Below, piece by piece: positions 37,963 to 49,900 of a stretch of 64,000 nt of DNA; positions within the stretch are counted from its first letter, which is position 1; each line of letters opens with the position of its first letter. The stretch lies in IMG/VR virus record IMGVR_UViG_3300005805_007239, positions 6,121 to 70,120 of that record; one strand, 5' to 3'. A program made the position numbers and the translations under genes. The DNA comes from a virus. Lineage: Duplodnaviria > Caudoviricetes. The notes beneath the pieces were generated by a model. It ran no database searches. It saw only the letters and a list, made by a program, of their open reading frames with translations, and was not told where the DNA came from.

Positions 37963-40900
37963 TTATTTTTTAATATATCCTCTTACACCATTAAAGTCTT
38001 TATTTGCACCAGCATCATCAATATCAGCAGTAATAGCTGATAGAGCGTAATCGTAATTAATTACATAGTTATTCTTCAAACTAGATCCCCAACTATATAA
38101 AACATTGGCATTATTAATTAGATAGTTTTGAGCTGCACCTGCAGATACTTTTTTCCAAGTACCTCCTATTCCTATTTGAGTAGGTGACGGATAAGAAGCT
38201 ATATTAGGAAATTCAGTTAATGTAGTATAATACGTATTGTTATTATTACCGGCAACTACTATTCTATTTGCATTTTCTAGAGTCGCGCTTTCCCCGGATA
38301 TAGGTACTGCCGGCCCTAACCGGCCACTATTTATCATAAAGACTTTATTATCATTACGTCTTGCTATTATACCACCAAAACCAAAAGCTGCTAAATGTAT
38401 TTGAGTCCAAGATAAACCTGTACCTAGTTGAACCGGGGACAAATTATAAATACTTTGACCGTTTTCGTTGAACGTATAAACACTACCACTACTAGTACCC
38501 CAACCCCAAATTGGGGTGCCTGGAAGAGCCTGAGGGCCTACCCAAGTAAATAAGGCTCCATCAGCTCTTATTGCCGCGCCGCCTTGTTTGATAAAACTCA
38601 TAACTTGGGTCCAGCTACTTGTACCGATCTGTATTGGGGACGATTGATTTATATACGTACCATCCCCTATACTACCATTACTATTATTACCCCAACCAAA
38701 TAAAGCTCCATCTGAACGTATAGCGTGACAACCAGTTACTTGAGTCCAGCTACTTGTACCGATTTGTACCGGAGATGATCTGCTAATTACAGTGTTATCT
38801 CCTACCTCTCCTGCAGTATTAATGCCCCAACAAAACAAGGAGCCGTCAAAACGAATAGCTTTTGTTGAATTACCAGTGTGGGTTACTTGAGTCCAGCTGC
38901 TTGTACCGATTTGTACCGGAGATGATCTGCTAATTACAGTATTGTCTCCTATTTGCCCACTAGTATTAGTCGCCCCCCAGCCGAATAAAGCCTTATCGCT
39001 TCTTATAGCAAACGCAGCTGTACCGCCTATACCTGTATACGTTGGAAGCATGCTCCAGCTACTAGATCCAATTTGTACCGGGGAAGATTTAGCAACTGTA
39101 GTACCGTCTCCAATACTCCCGCCACCGGCACCCCAGCCGAATAAAGCTCCGTCTGATCTTATTGCGTGTACAACTGCTGGCCCAACACAAACCTGAGACC
39201 AACTACTTGTACCGATTTGAACTGGAGATGATTTATTAACAGTAGTACCGTCCCCGATAGCCCCGGCAGTATTCAAACCCCAAGCAAATAACATTCCATC
39301 AGAACGTATTGCAGCTATAGGGCTACCGCCACTGATAGTAGTCCAACTATATGTATTAGTTCTATTATACCCCCAAGCATATGCTCTGTTGTTTATATCT
39401 ACCCCTAATCCATTATCATAACCAGCGCTTGCAAAGTTCCATGAGTTACCATCTACAAGTACTGGGCTTGTAATTAAACTACCAGTTAGTACAGGTGAGC
39501 TTCTACTAATAGTTGTACCGTCTCCAAAAGTGCCGCTAGCATTAAGTTCGTTTATTCCCCAGACAAGCATTGCACCATCATTACGTATCGCAAAAGTTGT
39601 ATTTGCTTTAGCATATACTTCTCTCCAAGGATTTGCGCCTATTTGTACTGGAGAGGATCTTGGTATAAGAGTTCCATCCCCGACTGTGAGGAGATTAGTA
39701 CCCCAGGCAAATAATAGATTAGCCCTAGTAATACCATATGTATTATTCTGGCCGGTGGTTAGCATAGACCAACTACTTGATCCAATTTGTACCGGAGATG
39801 ATTTATTTACTGTAGTATTATCTCCTATTTGGCCTTGAGCATTATTACCCCACGTAAATAAACCACCGTCAGAGCGTAAAGCTACTGTATGGGTATGTCC
39901 CGCATAAACCTGTGACCAACTACTGGTACCAATTTGTGTTGGAGATTTAACTACTGGATAAGAACCTAATTGTACTGGAGAACTCTTTGTAACTACAGTA
40001 CCATCACCGGTTGCACCTTGCGCGTTTTCACCCTGACCGAATAATACATAATCAGAACGTATTTCATGAGCGCTACTAACTTGTATCCAGCTACTTGTAC
40101 CAATTTGTACTGGAGATGATTTATCTGTAGTAGTACTATCTCCTATTACACCAGCTGGGCTGTTATTACGGCCCCAAGCAAATAGAGAACCACCTGAACG
40201 TATAGCGCGATTATGGTTAAAAAGTGCACCTGTTGCTATTTGCGTCCAGCTACTTGTACCGATCTGTACTGGAGATGAGGTAGAGGAAAGAGAACCTAAT
40301 AAGACCGGAGAGCTTCTTGAAATTAATGAAAATGTCGGTTGCCAAAAACCGGCATTACTACTATTGGTACTACCATCTACCACATTACCACCGGCCCAAT
40401 AAATTAAATTATCACTTCTTAATATTTGTGTACCGGCTACCCCTGTAATAACTTGTGTCCAACTACTTGTACCGATTTGTACCGCAGAAGATCTAGACAC
40501 TGTAGTATTATCTCCTAGAGCACCAGAGCCGCCATTTCCCCACGTAAATAATGCTCCATCAGTACGAATAGCCGCGGCATTAGCATACCCTAAAGATGCA
40601 GTTTTACTAGCAGTACTCCATGGCCCGTTATTGCCGATTTGTACCGGAGACGATCTACTTATTGCTGTAGTAGTAAGTCCAAGTACTCTATTTCCTGCGC
40701 CCCAGCTCCATAGAGTGCCATCACTTCTACGAGCAAAAGTTTGAACAACAGCAAAACCACCATAATCGTTTAAACCCTGCACTTGGGTCCAGCTACTTGT
40801 ACCGACTTGTATTGGAGAGGAACTATTAATTGTAGTATTGTATCCGAGCTGCCCGCCACCGTCTGCGAGTGACCCGTAGTTACTGCCCCAAGTAAATAGA

Positions 40901-43900
40901 GCACCATCTATACGTATTGCAGCTCCTGCGGCTGTTCCTGCTAAGACTTGCGACCAGCTACTTGTACCAATTTGTACTGGAGAAAAATAACACGATATCA
41001 ATCCAACTTGTACCGGGGAAGAGTTGTAACCTATATCAAGGGTATTACCGAAAACTGATCTAGCTATACCTATTTGTATGTAGTTTAAATCTCCTAATGT
41101 AGCCCCACCGGCTTCTCTGCCCCATGTAAATAATCCGCCATCTGTACGTATTGCCGCCCCGGTTATTTCATTACTGTTATCTCTGTAAGACGTGCCAAGT
41201 TGAGACCAGCTACTACTACCAATTTGTACCGGAGAAGATTTAGACACTGTAGTATTATCACCAATATTATAATTTGCACCGGAGCCCCATGCAAATAATG
41301 CACCGTCAGAACGTATCCCGTAGCTAGTATTACCGGACCGTACTTGAGTCCAGCTACTAGTACCGATTTGTACTGGAGAAGATTTATCTACAGTAGTACT
41401 ATCTCCTAATTGACCTAAACTATTAGACCCCCATGCAAATAAAGCCCCGTCGGACCGAATAGCATGTCTTGTTGAAATAAATGTCCAGCTGCTAGTACCG
41501 ATTTGTACTGGAGAGGACTTGTTAATAGTAGTATTATCTCCAAGCCATCCAAGCTGATTATACCCCCAAGCAAATAAGCTGCCGCCATTTCTTATTGCAA
41601 AAACAGTAGTATTACCGCCTCGTATTTGAGTCCAACTACTTGTACCTACTTGTACCGGAGATGAACGAGCAGTAGTTGCATTACTACCTAATGCTCCGTT
41701 AGTTCCGGATCCCCAAGTAAATAAACCGCCATCAGTACGTATTGCAACTGTTGTACCAGCCGATCCATCGACCTGGGTCCAGCTGCTGGTGCCGATCTGT
41801 ACTGGAGATAATCTGTTTATAACAGTATTATCTCCGAGAGCACCTGATCCATTGTTTCCCCAAGCAAATAATGCTCCATCAGTACGTATAGCGAAAGACT
41901 GATATTCTCCGGCGCCTACTTTTGTCCAACTACTTGTACCGATTTGTAGCGGAGAGTAATACTTACTAGAAATTGTATTGTCCCCCAAAACTCCGGAGCC
42001 GTTTATATCATATCCCCAAGTAAAAAGTAACCCATCAGAACGGACCCCTACAGCATGGCTAAAGCCAAACGCTACTTGAGCCCAAGATTTAGTATAATTT
42101 TTACGATCATTCCAGCTTTCATTAGTACCAAGTTGACCGGCATTAAACATACCCCAACCAAATAATGCACCGTCTGAACGTATCGCTAAAGTATTATATA
42201 AATTAGTACTAACTTGAGTCCAGCTACTTGTACCAATTTGAACCGGAGAAGAACGGACTGGCTCAGAATTATTTCCAGTCGCGTATAACCCTGCAGAAAC
42301 ATACGGGCCAGAATACTGACCGGACCAGGCAAATAAAGCTCCGTCTTCTCGTATAGCATATGTTGCAAGGTATGAATTAATGTCTCGCCATTTACTTGTT
42401 CCTATATAAACAGGAGAGGATCTACTAATAACAGTACCGTCTCCTAGGTTTCCGTTACCATTAAAGCCCCATGCGACTAATGCATTAGACCATTTTTCTA
42501 TAGCAAACGTAGAGCCTGGGGCATGCGTTATTTTTTCAGCTTTTAATGTACCAATTTGTACCGGAGATGATCTCTGTATTGTAGTATTATCTCCCACTTG
42601 CCCTAGAGAATTCCACCCCCAGCCAAAAACTGCATAATCAAAGTCTCTAATAGCATTAGCACTTCTAGAACCGTCGGAATCGACCATTATCCAGCTACTT
42701 GTTCCAACTTGTACAGGAGAAGATGTAGAATTGATAGTATTATTACCTAATGGCCCGTTAAGACCTTGACCCCACATAAATAAAGCTCCATCATTTCTAA
42801 TTGCGCCTGTGGTATCATTTAAGGTATTACCTACCCATTTCCAACTACGGGCATGTAAGTCTCTTGGAGATAGTACGACTTCAGATGTATTAGAACTTCC
42901 GAGTTCTCCTGAAGAACCAGAACGCCAAGTATATAATTTATTATCAGTTGATACTCCTAAATTAGCTTCAAGACCTGCATGCACCTGAGACCAGCTTATA
43001 TTAGTAATCTGGGTAGGAGTTCTATAAACCTTATCTAAACCGATTTGTACTGGAGAAGATCTCGGGGCTGTAGTACCATCACCGATCGGAAATGCTGCAC
43101 CTCCATCATAACCGTTATATCCCCAATGGTATATCTTAGAATTTCTTATACCGTAAGCAGTAGTATTTCCGCCTGTAGTAATTAAGGTCCAGCTATCTGT
43201 TCCTATTTGTACAGGGGAAGCATAAAATGGGTAGTAACCTATTGCAGTAGGAGTATTAGGAAGATTACCAGGTTGAAATTGTATACCGGCGTTATATGGA
43301 TAAGGGCCACCTGCAGAAACAAGCGGTACAGTGGCATTCCATAGGGTTTGACCGGCGCCAGGTCCCCACCCATAAAGAGTCTTATCGGAACGTATTGCAA
43401 CAACACCTACTTGGTCTATGATAGAACCAAAACCAAATAACGGGTAATTATGTACAAACGACCAACTACTACCAATGCCAATTTGTACAGGAGAGCTAGT
43501 GTTGTATCTTGAAGCATTACCTACATTATAAGTAATGCTACTTGATATTGAATTGAGGCCCCAACCAAATAAAGCACCATCTACCCGTATAGCAAAATTA
43601 GCTAAGCTACCCATAGTGGATATAAACGTCCAGCTACTTGTACCAATTTGTACCGGTGACGATTTAGCTACTGTAGTACCATCTCCTAACTGACCATTAG
43701 AGTTAGCTCCCCAGGTAAATAAGGCGCCGTCAGATCTTATAGCGGCGTTACCACTGACAATCGTCCAGCTACTTGTGCCAATTTGTACCGGAGAAGATCT
43801 CTGTATTGTAGTGCCATCTCCTAACTGACCGTCCTGATTAACCCCCCAAGTAAATAAAGCACCGTCAGACCTTATAGCAGAAAAAGCAGGAAGAGAGTTA

Positions 43901-46900
43901 CCTGTTCTATACCCTGCTACCTGTATCCAGCTACTTGTACCTACCTGCACTGGTGAAGACCGAGACACGGTAGCATTTGATCCTAAAGCGCCTGCAACAC
44001 CGTGACCCCAAGTAAATAAAGCACCGTCAGATCTAATGGCCGCGTATGTATTATTAAAAGTAGATGAAGTAAGCGCAACCTGTATCCAGCTGCTTGTACC
44101 AATTTGTACCGGGGAAGATTTATTTATTGTAGTGTTATCACCTAACTGACCGGAATTATTAGCTCCCCAAGTAAATAAGGCACCGTCAGATCTTATAGCG
44201 GCGCTATTATTTGGACATGCGTCTATCTGGGTCCAGCTACTTGTACCTATTTGTAAAGGGTATATTATACTACTAAAACCTGCGAATTCAGGTATACCAC
44301 CACTCCCGGAAGAGCTGTTCCCTAAAAAGAACAGACCACCATCATTTCTCAGGGCTAAAATCTGTCCAGTGCCAAAGCCATTGCTACCGCCGCCCTTAAT
44401 TTGCGTCCAAGATTGTCTATAGTCATTATAACTAATATTGTTAATACCTAAACCTCCAGGGTCAATATTACTAGTTTGATTAAGTCCCCAGCCAAACAGG
44501 GCACCATCAGATCGTATTGCAAAACTATTTCTACCAGCTCGTACCTGAGACCAACTACTTGTACCTACCTGTACCGGGGAAGAACGAGGCTGAAAAGTAC
44601 CATCCCCGAGAATGCCTGAAAATGCAATATTAGGCCCCCAGGTAAACAACCTTCCATCTGAGCGGATTGCAGCGGTATAGCTGAGCATTGAAACTTGCGT
44701 CCAGCTACTTGTGCCGATTTGTACTGGGGATGATCTGTTTATAATAGTATTATCTCCAATACTACCAAAATTGTTATACCCCCAGGTAAATAACCCGCCA
44801 TCAGATCTTATAGCCCCGGTTATACTAGTACCAATAGCTACTTGAGTCCAACTACTTGTACCTATTTGTACGGGTGAGGACTTATTTATAGTGGTATTGT
44901 CTCCTAACTGTCCAACATTATTATATCCCCATGTAAATAGACTACCACCAGTTCTTATAGCTATACTACTATCAGCACGAGAGCTAATTTGAGTCCAGCT
45001 ACTTGTACCGACTTGCACTGGAGAAGACCGTGACACAGTAGTACCCGCCCCTAGTTGACCAAAATTATTTAATCCCCAAGTAAATAAAGCACCATCACTA
45101 CGCATTGCGAGTGTATGCCTATCACTCGCTACTACTTGAGACCAATTACTAGTACCGATCTGCACCGGAGAGGATTTAGTAACGGTCGTACTATCACCTA
45201 ACTGACCGTTAGCATTAATTCCCCAAGTATATAATTTACTATTCGAGTCTATTGCAGCAACGTGATTTGTTCCAGCACTTATCTGAGTCCAAGAAATATT
45301 ATCTCCTGCAAAGAAGGTACCGTTACCCGGGCCTGTGTCTCCGTACGCACCCCAAGTAAACAAGGATCCGTCTGAACGAATCGCATAGCTTCTTCCTGTA
45401 GGAGAGTTTACTCCAATACCAAGACCATATGTAACTTGTGTAAAACTAGTTGAACCGCCGATTAATACAGGAGACGATCTATTAATTGTCGTTCCGTCTC
45501 CAATTTGATAAAGATCATTTCTACCCCATGCAAATAAAGCGCCATCTTTACGAATTGCTATAGGTGTGTACGCGTAACCATAAGTTTGACCCGATGCCGC
45601 GATGGCCATCCCTGCAGCAAGTTGAATCCAGCTACTTGTACCAATCTGTACCGGTGAAGATTTTTTGACTGTAGTGTTATCGCCAAGCGCGCCAAAATCA
45701 TTAAGACCCCAAGCAAACAAGGCTCCGTCTGAACGTATTGCGTATGTAGAAGCTCCTTGTGCGCATACAACTTGAGTCCAGCTACTTGTACCGACCTGTA
45801 CCGGGGAATAGGTATTAATTGTACTGTTTATACCTAATTGCCCATCAAGATTAGGCCCGAAAATAAATAATGCACCATCAGTTCTTATGTCTGCACCATG
45901 CCAAGTATTTGAATATGTACCGAGGGAAGACCAAGATTGAGCAGCATTAGTAATATTAATACTATTTTGTCCAAGCTCACCATAAAGATTGGATCCCCAA
46001 GCAAATAGCCCTCCATCCGACCGTATTGCTATAGTATGCGCAAAACCCTGGCCAACTTGAGTCCAGCTACTTGTACCAACTTGTACCGGGGAAGATCTAT
46101 TTAAATAAGGGTATACACTTTCTCCGAGTACTCCATAATCTCCTTTACCCCAGGTAAACAGTCTACCATCAGAACGTATTGCTGCGGCATTATTATTACC
46201 AGCTGCAACAACTGTCCAACTACTTGAGCCAAGTTGAACTGGAGAGGATCTATTTAAAGTACTATTATCTCCTGCAGCACCATATACATTATAACCCCAA
46301 GCAAACAGAGCACCGTCTGAACGTATAGCAACGCTATGATCCGCGCCTGCCCCTACTTTACTCCAGCTACTTGTACCGATCTGCACTGGAGAAGATTTAG
46401 ATATAATAGTATTATCTCCAAGAGCGCCACCATTATCGTTACGACCCCAAGCAAATAACGCACCATCTGTTCGTATTGCTAAAGCATGAAACTGCCCGGC
46501 TGCAACCTGAGACCAGCTACTTGTACCAAGTTGTACCGGGGATGAACGAAAACCGAATACACCTATACCTAATTCACCGTAATTATTACCAGCGCCCCAA
46601 GCTAATAATGCTCCATCCGAACGTATACCAAAAGTACGGAACTGGGTAGCACTTGCAAAACCGTTCGCAACTTGGGTCCAAGATAAAGTGCCATCCACGT
46701 TAACTGTGTTATTACCTATTTGCCCGACAGAGTTATCTCCCCAGCCAAATAAACCACCATCAGATCTAATTGCATGGGTTGTAAGATTATTAGTACCAAT
46801 TTGAATCCAGCTACTCGTGCCGACTTGCACAGGAGAAGAGAAATTAGCAGTAAAAGAATTTATATTTAATCCTAATTGGGCATTAGAGTTACTACCCCAG

Positions 46901-49900
46901 GCAAATAAGGCACCGTCTGTACGTAATGCCATAGTATGGGATAAACCTAATCTAACCTGTGTCCAGCTACTGGTACTAATTAGTACCGGGGACGATCTAT
47001 TTATTGAAGTATTGTCTCCAAGCTGACCGCTAGTATTCAGACCCCAGGCATAAAGTTGACCGATACTATTGATAGCTGCTGTATGAGATGCACCGCCATG
47101 AACTTGACTCCAACTACTTGTACCAATTTGTACCGGCCAGCTCTTGTTTACAGTAGTACCATCTCCTATTGTTCCAGCCACATTATATCCCCATGCATAT
47201 AATCTACCATTACGAGATACTATAGCAGTACTATTCCAACCTGGTCCTACAGAAACTGGACTAACGAAATCCGAGACGCCTGTTGCAAAGTTTTCGTTGT
47301 TACCCCATCCAAATAGGCTGCGATTACTCGTAATACCTACAGTAGTTCTCTCCCCGGCATTAACAAGAGCCCAGCTACTAGTACCGATTTGTACTGGGGA
47401 AGACCGATTAATAGTAGTACCATCTCCTAATTGATAGGTATTATTAAGACCCCATGCAAATAACCCACCATCGGTACGTATAGCAGATGCATAGCTTTTT
47501 CCGGCTGTTACAGCTGTCCAACTACTTGTACCAATTTGCACCGGGGATTGTACAAAAGTATTGAAGCCTATTTGTACCGGAGATGAACGAGATAAAGTCG
47601 TTCCATCCCCTACAGAGTCAAGAGGGGAGATTAATGCGCCGCCGCCCCAAGCGAATAAAGCTCCATCCCCTCTAATAGCTATTACATTAGCAGTAGAGTC
47701 TTCTGAAGCAATAGCAGTCCAACTACTTGTACCGACCTGAACCGGAGACGATCTATAAATAGTACTATTTTGTGCTAATTGCCCTACACCGCCATCACCC
47801 CATGCAAACAGTGCACCATCTAAACGAATTGCTGCGGAGGTATAAGTTGGAAGAGAGAATACCTTAGTCCAACTACTTGTACCAATTTGTACCGGGGAGG
47901 ATTTATCTACAGTAGTACCGTCGCCTATTTGGCCTGCACTATTACCGCCCCAAACAAATAAACTTTTATCGTTTCTTATTGCTATAGCATTATAAGGCCC
48001 TAAAACGATTTGGGACCAGCTACTTGTACCTATTTGAACCGGAGATGAAAATGCACTAGTCTGAATCTGTACCGGAGAGGAAAGATTTCGAGGCCCAGTA
48101 TTATCTACATTAAGACCTCCCCAATAAAATAAAAGACGGTCACTACGCAAAGCAGAAAAAGTCAAAAGACCTGGAGTAGCATAAACTTGAATCCAGCTAC
48201 TTGTACCAATTTGTACCGGAGATGATTTGTTTACTGTAGTATTATCTCCAATACCACCGGTTGAGGCTTGGCCCCATGTAAAAAGAGCTCCATCAGTACG
48301 CAAAGCAATAGTAGTAGTTCTAGAAGATATAACTTGTGTCCAACTACTAGTTCCGATTTGTACCGGGGAAGATTTATTCGTAGTGGTACCATCTCCAAGT
48401 ACCCCGGTAGTGTTACTACCCCATGCAAATAACCCTCCATCCGAGCGTATTGCTAAAGTTAAAACTATATTAGTTACAGTCTGCGTTGCGCCATACACCA
48501 ATGTCCAGCTACTTGTACCAATTTGTACCGGTGAAGACTTACTTACTGTAGTACCGTCTCCTAATTGCCCGGTACTGTTAAGACCCCAAGCAAAAAGCGC
48601 TCCATCAGTACGCACTGCAAAACTAACTTGATTACCATTTCCAGATTTTAACTGAGACCAACTACTCGTGCCAATCTGTACCGGGGATGACCTATTCAGA
48701 GTGGTTCCGTCGCCAAGTTCTCCAGAGGTATTTACTCCCCAAGTAAATAACGCGCCATCAGTACGTAAGGCTAAAATATGACCCGGATTTAAATTAATTT
48801 GCGACCAACTACTTGTACCAATTTGTACCGGGGAATATTGAGCCGTAGTAGAATTGTTGCCAAGTTGACCTGCAGTACCTGTTCCCCAAGTAAATAGTCT
48901 ACCATCAGAGCGTATTGCAGCTGCAATTGAGGTACTTACACTTAAATAGACTTGAGTCCAACTACTCGTGCCTATTTGTACTGGAGATAAATACATTCCA
49001 GGGCTAGTGCCTACTGTAGGTGGTATTCCACCGGAAAAGTTATCCCCCCAACCAAATAAAGCTCCATCTGAACGTATTGCAAGTCTTGCGTAGTCTCCTG
49101 TAGCCACTTGAGTCCAGCTTTGGTCTCCAATTTTTTGTAAAAACCGTGGTCCACCTAAAGCGTTAGGATCAACTCCGGTAAAACCGTCTCCGGTGTAACC
49201 ACCGTACCCTGTATATAATTTATTATCTACACTAATTAGAGCGTTAAGATGATACCCTCTGCCGACTTGAGACCACGAAATATTTAAATTAGATGTAGCA
49301 CCATTATTACCAAAAGCTCCACCTGTATAAAGAATATCACTATCTCCCCAAGCAAATAAAGCGCCATCAGATCGTATGGCAGCGCCGAACATAGAGGCAT
49401 TATATAAAGATCTTTTTAAAGCTACTTGGCTCCAGCTACTAGTGCCTACTTGCACTGGAGATGAACAGTGATTATCCCCGGGGTATAAGCTTTGTCCTAA
49501 TGCTCCGTATGAATTAACACCCCATGTAAATAAAGCTCCATCTGACCGTATTGCAGCTCCGTTTGCCCCTTCAATACAAACTTGAGTCCAACTACTTGTA
49601 CCTATTTGAGCGTAAGAAAAATTATCAATAGTACTATTGGTACCTAACTCTCCATACGAGTTTCTCCCTCTTAAAAAAAGAGCACCGTCAGATCTTATAT
49701 AAGCCGTATTTCTTTCATAACTGTAAGTATCATTCGCTGCTACTTCTTGATAAATGCTTTGCGCGCTATTAACATAAAACTGATTATAATTTTCATCACT
49801 ATATTGAGCCGGAATTTTAATAGTCTTAGGCCATAAATTACTATATACCGATGTATTATTGGCTATTGAGTTTGTATACGGGCCTAAAATAACCGGGGCG

